Assembly: GCF_963921235.1 (NCBI RefSeq)
Contig: NC_086102.1
Location: 27,218,001 to 27,282,000, forward strand
DNA length: 64,000 bases
Reading direction: 5' to 3'
Source of the DNA: Mobula hypostoma
Taxonomy: Eukaryota
The translations under genes and the position numbers were made by a program. A model generated the notes under the pieces. The model had not been told where the DNA came from, did not search any database, and saw only the letters and a program-made list of their open reading frames with translations. Position 1 is the stretch's first letter. Each line of letters begins with the position of its first letter. Positions 1-11,904 of this stretch are shown in pieces.

Positions 1-369
1 TATTAACTGTAGGATTTGTAGCTGTGTGAAGGAACCAAGGGATTATTTGATCCACATGAATAAATCCCCTGAAGTTGACACTCAATTTGATAGAAAGTGC
101 TGTGATAGGGAGCACCCAAAGGGCCTGTACTGTGCTGTAATGTTCTACGTGATTACTGTAAGTTATGTTTAATGCCTGAATAGTTTCAGGGGTACCCACC
201 ACGTGCAGCAGTAGCAGGAGTACTGGCTGATTTTTCTTGATCTAGTTCAGAGAACGCTGCAGCCAAAAGTAGTACCTGGTGATACGAGATCAGTAACTCA
301 GCACAGAAGCAAAATAAATTCGGGTCCGATTAGCTCATGATACAAAGAGAAGTGTTGTCACTTGCTGTT

Positions 370-852
370 CCAATTTACTCTCCAAGTATATATCACCATA
401 TACGATGCAGAGATTCATTTTCTTGTGGGCATTCACAGCAAATACAAAGGGAAAAAACCAAACAAAATAATAATAGTAAATAAACAACAAATATGGAGAA
501 CACGAGATGAAAAGTCCTGGAAAGTGAGCCCATGGGTTGTGGGAACAGTTCAGTGTTGGGATAAGTGAAATTGAGTGAAGTTATCCCTTCTGGTTCAAGA
601 GCCTGATGATTGAGGGAAAATAACTCTTCCTGAACCTGGTGGTGTGAGTCCTGAGGCTCCTGTACCTCCTTTCTGATGGCAGCAGCAAGGCGAGGGCATG
701 ACCTGAATGGTGGGGGTCCCTGATAATGGATGCTGCTTTCCTGCAATAGTGTTTCATGAAGATGTGCTCAAAGGTGGGGAGACCTTTACCCATGATGGAC
801 TGGGCCTATCCACTAACTTCTGTAGGATTTTCCATTCAAGATATTGGTGTTT
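370..852 (-). mobile_element. Rex1/Babar-type LINE 3' fragment; resumes at ~2604-2640 after a CR1 insertion
   Basis: ORF remnant KAASIIRDPHHSGHALALLLPSERRYRSLRTHTTRFRKSYFPSIIRLLN. The same family occurs at 5965, 28756 and 41150. Confidence 0.75.
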
Positions 853-869
853 CATTATGTTTCAGATAC

Positions 870-2600
870 ATAAAGTGGAAAAGGTAAACAAGAGTGGATA
901 TTGGACTGCTGTAAAACAATGTTGGGGAGGTAGTAATGGGGCACAATGAAATGGTGGACGAATTGAATAAGCATTTTGCATCAGTCTTCACTGTGGAAGA
1001 TGCTAGCAGTATGGTGGAAGTTCCAGGTGTCAGTGGTCATGAAGTGTATGAAGTTACCATTACTAGAGAGAAGGTTCTTGGGAAAATTAAAGGTCTGTAG
1101 GTAGATAAGTCACCTGGACCAGATGGTGTACATCCCAGAGTTGTGAAAGAGGTGACTAAAGAGAATGTGGAGACATTAGTAATGATCTCTCGGGAATCAC
1201 TAGATTCTGTAATGGTTCTGGAAAACTGAAAAATTGCAAATGTCACTTCATTCTTCAAGGAGGAAGACAGGCAGAAGAAAGGAGACTATACAGGCCAGTT
1301 GGTTTGACCTCAGTGATTGGGAAGATGTTGGAGTCGATTACTAAGGATGAGATCTCAGGATACTTGAAGGTGCATGATAAAATAGGCATGGCTTCCTCAA
1401 GGGAATATCTTGCCTGATAAATCTGTTGGAATTCTTTGAAGAGGTAGCAAGTAGGATAGACAAAGGAGAATCGATTGATGTGTATTTGGATTTTCTGAAG
1501 GCCTTTGACAAGGTGCCACATGTGAGGCTGCTTTACAAGTTACAAGCCCATGTATTACAGGAAAGATTCTAATATGGATAAAGCAGTGGCTGATTGGCAG
1601 GACGCAAAGGTGGGAATAAAGGGAACATTTTCTGGCTGGCAGGCGGTGACCAGTGGTGTTCCACAGGGGTCTGTGTGGGACCACTTCTGTTTACATTATA
1701 CGATAGTGATTTGGATGATGGAATTGATGGCTTTGTTACAAAGTTTGCACACAATATGAAGATAGGGGGAGGGTCACATAGTTCTGAGGACGTAGAGAAG
1801 CTACAGAAGGACATGGATTCAAAGGATGGGCAAAGATATGGCAAATGGAATACAATGTCAGGAAGTGTATGGTCATGCACTTTGGTAAAAGAACTGAAAG
1901 GGTTGACTTTTTTCTAAATGGAGAGAAAATACAAAAAAAACTGAGGTGCAAAGAGACTGGTAATTTGCAGGTTGATTCTGTGGCGAGGAAGGCAAATGCA
2001 ATGCTAGCATTCATTTCAGGTGGACTAGAATACAAAAGCAAGATTGTAATGTTGAGACTTTATAAAGCATTGGTGAGGCGTCTCTTGGAGTATTGTGAGT
2101 AGTTTTGGGCTCCTTATTTTAGAAAGGATGTGCAGACACTGGAGAGGGTTCAAAAGAGTTTCACAAAAACGATTCCAGGATTGAACAGCTTGTCATATGA
2201 AGAGTGATGGCTCTGGGCCTGTATTCACTAGAATTCAGAAGTATGAGGAGTAACTTCATTGAAACCTATTGAATGCGAAAGGCCTTGATAGAGTGGTTGT
2301 GGAGAGGATGTTTCCTGTAGTGGGAGAGTCGAAGACCAGAGGATACAGCCTCAGAATAGAGGGGTGTTATCTTAGAATGGAGATGAGGAGGAATTTCTTT
2401 AGCCACAGGCAGCTGTGGAGGCCAAGTCTTTATATATATTTAAGGCAGAGGATGACAGATTCTTGATTGGTCTGGGGATAAAGGGATACGGGAAGAAGGC
2501 AGGAGATTGGGCCTCAGAGGAAAATTGGATCAGCCAAGATGAAAAGGTGGAACAGACCTGATGGGCCAAATGGCCTAATTCTGCTCTTGTATCTTACTGT
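870..2600 (+). mobile_element. CR1 LINE ORF2 (RT) 3' fragment, decayed
   Basis: KSPGPDG, SGVPQGSV and KFAHNMK (FADD motif) remnants. Similar to the CR1 at 56.3-58.1 kb. Confidence 0.9.
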
Positions 2601-2681
2601 AAATCATACCAAGCCATGATGTAACCAGTCAATATACTTGAACTTGACCGATCCCCGCCAACCATAAACAGCACCACTCAC

Positions 2682-2769
2682 CAGTGTAAGGGATTCCTTC
2701 TCGTCTCATGCCATCAATTGTTTTCTGGAGAATATTTTCCCTGATATTCTGAAGCTTGTTTTTTGAAAC
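2682..2769 (-). CDS. GART: GART coding exon 7; gene continues beyond the window start
   Basis: Hand translation VSKNKLQNIRENILQKTIDGMRREGIPYT(G). 88 bp, cctag| and |gtgagt. Confidence 0.94.
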
Positions 2770-3459
2770 CTAGGAAGCCATAACCAAAAACAAAGCAAAT
2801 AAGAAATCTAAATATGTGAGGAATGACACGAAGCAGGTCAACTCCTGGCATAATAATCCACGTATACATAATAATCCCAAAACTGGAAGTCTAAGATGTC
2901 CCTTTAAACTATTACGTCAAAGAAGTGTAAATATAATCAATGGTATGCAGTGTTAGGATTCAGAAGTTATGGATTTACGTGGACATAGCAGACAATGATT
3001 CAAATAAGAACCCATCTTCAGGAAAAAAAATGTATTCTAATGTAAATTGCAAGTAGTAATCAGTTTTATATTAACAGGACAGTTCTGTTAACAAACACAG
3101 CTGTCAATAGAGCAAAGGTTACTCTAGAGAATGTGATCTGCATCTGAATGAATTTGTCAAACATAAGACAATGAAGCTGTTCATTGAGTTACATGAAACC
3201 GAGCATTAGACACCAGCTAAGTCATTTTGCATAATTGTGACTGAGTTCATGAAAACTTCCAGACTAATTTTGTCACTTAGAGTATCAAACATGGTCATCG
3301 GCAAATATGCTCTGTCACTAATTGGGATATTTGTGTACTCAAAATTGTCTTCTGTTCTCACTGTAAATACATAATTCATTGAAACTATGTCAGACTCAAA
3401 GTATTGAGGATTTTATTTTTGCACACCACAGTTCCTAAGGAGACAATGAACTGCGTAGA

Positions 3460-5157
3460 GGGACAGAGAGCTTAGAAGAAGCCAACATGGGCAGCCGGCT
3501 CATTTTGTGTGCCACTTTCCCCAAGGAGACATCGGATTGTGCGTTGTTGTGACAGGAGAGTCATCGGTTAGGGGAGCAAAAAGGAGGCTCCGTGGATGAG
3601 AATGAGATTCCCGGATGGTATGTTGCCTCCCGGCTGTCAGGATCGAGGACATCTCTGATCGAATCCACAGTGTTCTTAAGAGGGAAGGTAAGGTGCGAGG
3701 CTGTGGTCCACATTGGTACTAATGACATGGGTAGGAGGGGGTCCTGCAAATTCAGTTCAGGGAGTTAGGTGCTAATTTAAAGGACAGGACCTCCAGGGTT
3801 GTAATCTCAGGACTGCTACCCATGCCATGTGCTCGTGAGGCCAGAAATATGAAGGCCATACAGTGTAACACATGACTAAGGAGTTGGTGTAGGAGGAAGG
3901 GCTACAAATTCATGGATCATTGGGCTCACTTTTGGGGAAGGTGGGACCTGTTCAGAAGGGGACATTTTGCACCTGAACTGGAGGGGACCTAATGTCCTAT
4001 TACAAAAGTTTGCTACTGCTGCAGGGGAGGGTTTAAACTACAGTTGCAGGGGGATGGGAGCTTGAGCGCCAGAACAGTTAGCGGAGAGGATGTGGAGGGA
4101 GACGTTGCTAAGATCTCAGACAAAGTCAGGAATCAAAAGATTGACCATGGTGGGACAAATGTTCTGAGCTGTGTATATTTCAATGCAAGGAGTACTGAAG
4201 GAAAGGCTGATGAGCTTAGGGCACGGATCAGCATGTGGAATTATGGCATTGTAGCCATTATTGAGACTCGGTTGCAGGAGGGGCAGGCTGGCAGCTCAGT
4301 GTTCCGGGGTTTGTTGCATTAGTCATGATAGAGTGGGAGGGCTTAAAGGAGGAATGATGGCATTACTAATCAGGGAAAATGTCATGGCAGTACTCAAGAC
4401 AGGAGAGCTTGTCTAGTGAGGCTTTATCGGTAAAACTGAGGAATAAGAAAGGTATGATAATGTTGTTGAGATTATATTATAGGCCACCCAACAGCCTGTG
4501 GAAGTTAGAGCAACAAATTTGTAGAGAGATTGCAGACTGTTGCAAGAAACACAAGGTTGCAATAGTAGGTGATTTTAACTTTCCACATATTGACTGGGAC
4601 TCCCATGCTGTAAAAGGGCTGAATGGGGAAGAGTTTGCCAAATGTGTTCAGGAAAGTTTCCTTCGTCAGTACATAGAGTTTCCAACTAGAGAGTGAAATA
4701 CCAGATCTTCTATAAGGAAATGAGATGGGGTAGGTGACAGAAGTCTGTGTAGGGGAACACTTTGCATCTAATGACCATAACAGCATTTGTTTCAAGATAA
4801 TTATGGAAGAGGAGAAGTCTGACTTTCAGGTAGAGGTTCCAAATTGGAGAAAGGCCGATTTTGATGGTATCAGAAAGGATCTGCATGTATGGAATAGGAT
4901 AGTTTGTTTTCTAGCAAATGTGTACTTGGTAAATGGGAAGCCTTCAAAAGTAAAACTTTGAGAGTATAGAATTTGTACGTTCCTGGCAGAATAAAACGCA
5001 AAGAAAACCCATTTAGGTAACCTAGGTTTTTGAGAGATATTGAAGTTAGGGTTAAGAAAAAGGAGGCGCATAGCAGGTATAGGCAGGTAGGAACAAATGA
5101 GGTGCTTATGAAGTATAAGAAATGCAAGAGAACATTTAAGGAGGAAATCAGGAGGAT
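3460..5157 (+). mobile_element. CR1 LINE ORF1-end/APE endonuclease fragment, decayed
   Basis: VHIGTND-type esterase remnant. YFNARS, YYRPPNS, GDFNFPHIDW and SNDHNS endonuclease motifs. Confidence 0.85.
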
Positions 5158-5964
5158 ATGTTATGAAATTTATTGTCTGTGGAAGCAGTAAAGAGCAAGA
5201 CTTAAAGAATTACTACAAGTTACTGTAAGGAAATCATGTTAATTCCAGTATTGGATCTTAATACACCACAGGATAGATCCTTGGATAATTGCATTTGAAC
5301 AGGAGTGAATTTTGAAACAAAGTACAGTAGTAAATATTTTGTGTAAGCAATTGAGAAGAAATACCAACCCATTTATGCAATAGGTTAAAAGGAAAATAAA
5401 CAAAGGCCTACAAATTGATCTTTGCTGTGAAAAGTTCACATGGTACCACAGAACATTTTGTCTGGAGGCTTTCCACAGGTAAATTCGGGGATAATCAAGG
5501 TCCAGGAGATTGAATGCTACTGACTGACCATGGAACTACAGCTGTCCCCAAGCAGTTCCAATGAACAAGAGTGGTTGGTCATCTGATAACAGGGCCTAAA
5601 CATTGAGGATGCAATCAGGGTACGAAAATGGTGGTGATCTGTTTCTGATGAAAACAATCCTCAGATGTAAAGCACTGAAAACAGAGAGAAACACATTCTC
5701 ATTTTAAAGTTCCAGCAAAGAACAAGTTGGAACCGAAATCATTGTAATGAGCCTTGATTTAACACTGAAGATTAATATTGGAGCACAATAGTCAGGGATT
5801 ATTAATGTTTAAGGGCTGGAATGAACCCCTTACAGATGGCAAACCTTCTGAAGCTCCAAATGGAAGGTCTAAGAGACTTGTGTTACCAAGGCCTCTCAAT
5901 CTTTCACCTGAACCAGGCAATAATCACCAACGACCGTAAGGATTTCTTATGGTCATTGGGAACA

Positions 5965-6660
5965 CAGAGGGAACTGAAGTGGAGAGAGTGAGCAATTTCA
6001 AGTTCCTGACTGTCAATACCTCTGAGGACTGAACCTGGATGCAACATATTGATGTAGCTATAAAGAAGGCAAGACAGCGGCTATATTTCATTAGGAGTTC
6101 GAGGAGATTTGGTTTCTCAACTAAAACATTCGAAAACCTCTACAAATGTACCATGGAGAGCATTTTAACTGACTACATCACCGTCTGGCTGGGGGGTGCA
6201 ACTGCACAAGATCAAAGTAAGTTTTAGAAACTCGTAGGGTTAGTCAGACCCATCATGGGTACTAGCCTCTGTAGTATCCAAGACATCTTCAACGAGTGGT
6301 GCCTTAGGAAGGCAGCATCCATCAAGGACACCCGCTCCACCTCCCTCCCATCCAGGACATGCCCTCTTCTCATGGTTACCATCAGGAATCCTGAAGGCAC
6401 ATACTCAGCAATTCAGGAACAGCTCCTTCCCCTCTGCCATCCGATCTCTAAATGGACATTGAACCCATGAATACCACATCGCTACTTCTTTTATTAGTTT
6501 TTTTTGCACTACTTATTTTAACTATTTAACAGACACACATATACTTACTATAATTCAGGATTTTTTCTATATTTATTTTTCATGTATCACATTGTACTAC
6601 TGTCATAAAGTTAACAAATTTCATGATATATGCCAGTGATATTAAACCCGATTCCGGTTC
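5965..6660 (+). mobile_element. Rex1/Babar-type LINE 3' fragment
   Basis: KKARQRLYFIRS...YKCTMESILT remnant, plus a 3' tail ending in gattc-type repeats. Confidence 0.75.
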
Positions 6661-6777
6661 TGATATGAGCCCTGGTAGCACATGACAGAAAACACAATTT
6701 CAGAAGGGCAATCAAATTGTCAAATCTGTGGTAAGTTAATAAAGAGCAATTTAAAAAGAAAATACTAATACAATTAC

Positions 6778-6903
6778 CTGTGGAACAGGACAATAGGCTC
6801 CCATCCCACCAGTGTTGGGTCCCTGGTCTCCATTTAATAAACGCTTGTGATCTTGACTTGGCGGCATGCAGGCAATTGTAACACCGTCACTGAAGCAAAG
6901 GCA
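6778..6903 (-). CDS. GART: GART coding exon 6
   Basis: Hand translation [42 protein letters not shown] (QDHKR and [12 protein letters not shown] signatures). 126 bp, tgcag| and |gtaat. Confidence 0.97.
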
Positions 6904-7103
6904 CTGCACAACATCATCAGAATTACCTTAAGAATGAAGCTATTTTCAAAAAAAAAAAACTGCTTCACAAAATCCAAGTTAATTGATAGGATTATGAAAG
7001 AAAACAGCCAACAGGAATGCATAGAGAAACTTTGGAAAAAATTCGATGATACTTCAGTATGTTTCTCAGCACTATAGAGCGTAGGAGTCAGGATTAACTG
7101 TGA

Positions 7104-7285
7104 ACACGAGGAAATCTGCAGATGCTGGAATTTCAAGCAACACACATAAAAGTTGCTGGGGAACGCAGCAGGCCAGGCAGCATCTCTAGGAAGAGGTACT
7201 GACGAAGGGTCTCGGCCCGAAACGTCGACTGTACCTCTTCCTAGAGATGCTGCCTGGCCTGCTGCGTTCACCAGCAACTTTTATG
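7104..7285. mobile_element. Palindromic Penelope-like (PLE) terminal-repeat insertion with minimal hammerhead motif
   Basis: Inverted arms flanked by AGGATTAACTGTGAA / AGGATTAGCTGTGAA. CTGACGA-AGGGTCTCGGCCC-GAAACGTC at 7199-7226. Confidence 0.8.
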
Positions 7286-7364
7286 AGGATTAGCTGTGAA
7301 ACCTGTTTTATCTATTATCATACTTAAGCATGTAGGTATGCAGGTTAAATTGAAATCAAAACCA

Positions 7365-8085
7365 GAACCCTGGAAGAACTTAGTGGGTCAAGCAGCAGCA
7401 GTGAAGGCAGAAGGTGCAAAACCCTGTACCAGGACTGACAGAGCACAGGAAAGATTGTCAGTAGATAGCAGGATGCAAGGGAGTGGAGAGAGGCTGGTAG
7501 GTGACAGGTGAAGCCAGGTGGGGAGGGGATAAAAATCCAGGTGGATAAAGGGGGATGAACGAAGGGAGAGGAAAACTACTTGTGTAATTGAGTGTACGAG
7601 GGAGGAGAACTCGGGGTGGGGTTGGAAATACAATATTCACATCAGAGGACAAGCCTCCCCAGTGAAATATGAAATGCTTCTTTTCCCCAGTTTTCCATTG
7701 TACTGGAGAAGGCCGAGGACAGATAGGTCAGAGTGGGAGGAGGAAGTTAGGTCGGAAAAGCTCAAGATGGCCGCTGCTGACAGACTGCAGATACTTCACA
7801 ACATGATCGCCTGGTCTACACTTGGTTTCACCAGTGCAGTGGCCCCATGGTGAGCACCGAACGGAGTGGACCAGGTATTCCATATATATCGCTATAGAGG
7901 GGCAAACCACCCAACCCCCACCCCACTTACTGTTGTTTCTTAACAGTCTTTCATCTCCCCTCTTAGTCTTGTTGCAGGGCCTCACCCAAAATGTCAACCT
8001 ACACCTTCTGCCCCCACAGGTGCTGCTTGACCCTCAGTTCTTCCAGCATTCTTTGTTCTAGGTTCCAGCAACTGCACTTCCTTTT
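7365..8085. mobile_element. Older PLE remnant with inverted termini
   Basis: Degenerate version of the 22.4 kb element: two terminal arms plus a minus-strand GIY-YIG C-terminal remnant. Confidence 0.55.
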
Positions 8086-9576
8086 GTTGTGGTGACCACG
8101 AGGTTGAAATAGCAGAAAATACTTTCTAAATAGAATAGAGTTAAAAGGAAACTACTGAAAGATTCATCTTAAAAGGGTGTGGAGAGGATGTTTCCAATAG
8201 TGGGGAAGCCTAGAACCAGAGGCCACAGCCTCTGAATAGAAGTTCCTTTAGAACAGAGATGAGGAAGCAAAACAGATCCAGATTATCAGCTCCACAGATC
8301 TCATTTGTTGCTGACAAATTTAAATAACTTCACAGTAATTGCTAGTTAGCTAAAAGTCCTTCAGCCAGAGGGGTGGGGAATCTGTGCAATTCATTGCCAC
8401 TGACAGCAATGGAGGCCAAGTCATTGGGTATATTTAAAGCGGAGGTTGACAGGTTCAATTAGCAAGGGCACAAAGATTACTGGGAGAAGATAGGAGAATG
8501 TGGCTGAGATGGAAAATAAATCAGCCACGATCGAATTGCAGAGCAAACTTAGTTGGCCTAATTCTGCTCTTATTAAAAGCACCTGGAACGATTTTCTTGA
8601 AGTTTCTTTTTTCTGCTCATTCTATACAAATATTGGAAGTTGCCTTTAGGATATAAAGGTTCAAGTGGCATTAACCACCTCATGCCAAGTGGCCTCAAAG
8701 TAAAGTAATGCACCTCTGCTCTGGGCCTCTCCATACTGATCTCCTGTAGGTAAGCAAATTATTGTCTACACGGTCCCTGGCATAATTTTGTTCTGTCTAG
8801 CACCACAGATTTGTTGGACTCCTTCTCATCCTAACATATGTTTGGGCTGAGTTTTCAAAATGTGCACTGGCCAATGACACAAGAACTTTCACAGTGTGAT
8901 TTCTAATCCAATGTTAATTAATGATAGGAATGCAATAAAATAATGAAATTCATCAAAAATGCTGAAAATAATTTGCTTATGAAGACTCAGATAAATCTAA
9001 TAGGCAACTATACAGTATTTAAAGTAAAAATATCAAGGGGTTCATATTATGTAATTTTGTATTACATCATTTTATTTGTCTTTTTTGCACTTTGGTTGTT
9101 TGTCAGTCTCTGCTTGTGTGCAGTTTTTCATTGATTCTATTGTATTTCCTTGTTCTACAGTGAAAGTTTGAAAGAAAATGTATCTCAGTGAAGCATATGG
9201 TGGCATAATGTACTTCGATAATAAATTTACTTTGAACTTTTATACTCATTGCAAGGACAGATTCAGAAGTGGTAGTTACATGTTGAACACAGGAAGCAAA
9301 ACAGATCCAGATTATCAGTGCCACAGATCTCATATGTTACTGGCAAATTTAAGTAATTTCACACCAATCGCTAATCAGCTAAGAACCTTTTCACATTCTC
9401 AAGTAGATGATCATCAATCCAGTTCCAAAATACATAAACCAAATACAGCCAGCAGTGAGGCAGGTGCTACTGGTTAAGCTCCATTTTGGGCAGACAACTG
9501 GATTAAATTTAGCAGCAAAAAGATAAAAACGATTTCGAAAACTTGACAGATGAGGAAAGAGGAACACTTTACTCAC

Positions 9577-9645
9577 CGACACTTCTTCACCCTCAAGCAG
9601 CTCTTCCACGACCACAGTTTCACCAGCAGAACCAAATGCCTTTTC
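9577..9645 (-). CDS. GART: GART coding exon 5
   Basis: EKAFGSAGETVVVEELLEGEEVS. 69 bp, cgaaag| and |gtgagt. Confidence 0.96.
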
Positions 9646-10748
9646 CTTTCGAAGATGATAAACGTCAGTTAAATCTAGCAAGACTGGAGCAGCCCATTGG
9701 TGGAAAAATGCTAATATAATAATACTGATATGCTACACTTTCCACAAGTTTAGAACTGTAACCAGAATATTTGTCAAAAAAAGAGGTGAAGGAAAAAAGA
9801 TTGTCATGGTCCCAATCCCTTATCTCCACACTTCCTGGGCACATTGCCAAATATATCAGTTGAAAGCACGGTGTATAGTCTTCACTGTGGGTGCAACAGG
9901 TACTCCCAAACTATCTGAATACGTTTTTGTGGTTCATCTGCATTATCACAGAATTACAATATGTCAATCTCCCACATTTTACAGCTCAGCTTTACTCCAG
10001 TGAAATACACCGATTCTGTATTAAGTAACATGCAGTTCCACTGAAGGATTCAATCACAAAACATAATACCTAGCACACGATACAGGAGCGACTACATTCA
10101 TACGACTGAACAGCATCATCTCGTTCATTTACTACAATTCATAAGAAATTAAAACTTATGACAGCTATGGGGACTGCTTAGTGCTTTGCATCCATTCTAT
10201 TAAAACAGTCAATAAGATTTTTTCCTACTTTTCAGCCCCCAGAAAAATATTCTGGGAGCAATGAGCCAATATCAAAAGTTCATCCAGGTAATGCCTTGAA
10301 TTCTTCTCACTCCACAAGCTGTCTCTAGTATCCAGCTTCACAATTCTTTGGTTAAAAGAATTTTTCTTCAACTCCCCTCAAGTACAGAAAGTATTTGACT
10401 TAAAACTACATAATTTCATTGACAACTTTACAAAAAAAAACTAAATTAACGTATGAGGGGTGTTTGATGGCTCTGGGGCTGTACTCACTGGAGTTTAGAA
10501 GTGTGAGGGGGGAATCTTATTGTAACCAATCAAATACTGTAAGGATTAGATGGACTGAATGTGGAGAGGATGTTTCCTATAGTGGGCAAGTCTAGGACCA
10601 GAGGGCACAGCCTCAGAATAGAAGGATGCCCCTCTCAAACAGAGATGAGGAAGAATTTCTTCAGCCAGAGGGTGATGAATCTGTGGAATTCATTGCCACA
10701 AGTGGATGTGAAAGACAAGTCATTTGAATATATTTAAAGTGGAGCTTG

Positions 10749-11297
10749 TGTAACACCCTGGGGAAAGTTTCACTGCTAATGTAATGGTTTCTCTGTAGCA
10801 GCAGTGTTTGGGTTATGACTAGCGATAACAGGGGCTTTGGAATGTGCGACGTCCAATGAGGGGAGTGTTTTTCTTTCTTGTGTGCAAGAGAGCGGGCTTT
10901 TGTTCGGTGGAAGATGGAGAGAGGAGATGCCAGAACGGAGAGGTCGTAGACTGCAGGACTGAGTGGATGTGGAATGGGGTCGGGAGTTGACAACGCCCGG
11001 GGGAAATCAATGGAGAACGAATGGACGGCAAAATCGTTTGCTCCATCGTGTGCATTAGACTGTTTCATTAAAATGGGCCCTTTTCTTTTTGTTTTCTTTA
11101 TTAACCCTCCAGTCAAATTAAGAACTATAAAGCTAAATCATCTAATTGCATATGGTGTACTGTTTGTTATTTTGTGATACTGATTTGTAACAGGGGAAAC
11201 ATCACACTGCAACCACACAAATGAGATTTTACAAGTTTGGTGGGCCGGAGTGGGTCTTCCCCTAGACTAACGCCACCAACCGAACCTGAGAGTTACA
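10749..11297. mobile_element. Solo LTR (549 bp) inserted in a CR1 3' fragment spanning ~10450-11445
   Basis: TGTAAC...GTTACA termini with a perfect 4-bp TSD CTTG. The CR1 text GAGCTTG|ATAGATTC rejoins across it. Confidence 0.85.
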
Positions 11298-11679
11298 CTT
11301 GATAGATTCTTGATTAGTAAGGGAGTCAAAAGTTATGGGGAGAAGGCAGGGGAATGGGTTAAGAGATAATATATCAGCCATGATGGAATGGTGGAGCAGA
11401 CTTGATAGGCTGAATGGCCTAATTCTGCCCCGATGTCTATTGGTCTTCCAAATGAACTTTCCAAAGTGCAATCAAAGTATTACAAACAAAATTAAATACT
11501 GCACTTGCAGATCATGTTTCCACCTCACTTACAGTAAATAAGAACTGGAGCAGACATTTGGGACTGACCATGTGTTGAGCATGAAGTATGCAAAGAGAAG
11601 GCTACAAACAGAATGTATTCAGCATTGTTTCTTCCACTCTCTGAAAGACACACATACAGAAAGGTAAAGCCTACCATAC

Positions 11680-11791
11680 CTGCATAATATCCTGGACTGC
11701 TTTGCAAGCCTCTTCCTTGTTAGCTGCAACAATAACACCCTTCCCAGCTGCCAAACCACTGGCTTTTACTACTAGGGCAGGGAATTCAGCA
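11680..11791 (-). CDS. GART: GART coding exon 4
   Basis: Hand translation RAEFPALVVKASGLAAGKGVIVAANKEEACKAVQDIMQ (ATP-grasp KASGLAAGKGV motif). 112 bp, tttcag| and |gtatgg. Confidence 0.96.
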
Positions 11792-11904
11792 CTGAAAGAA
11801 AAGCAAAAGTCATTCCATTGAAAGACATGGGGTAAAGTTTCTTATTTTCTGGTCCATTTACAATATTGACTGTTTAACTAGTATATATTATTAAGCTTGA
11901 GAGA

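Noticed and set aside
1-2681. Next GART exon (GILYAG...FGDPE)
   Set aside because: Not seen. The region is LINE-derived or intronic, so the exon probably lies outside the window.
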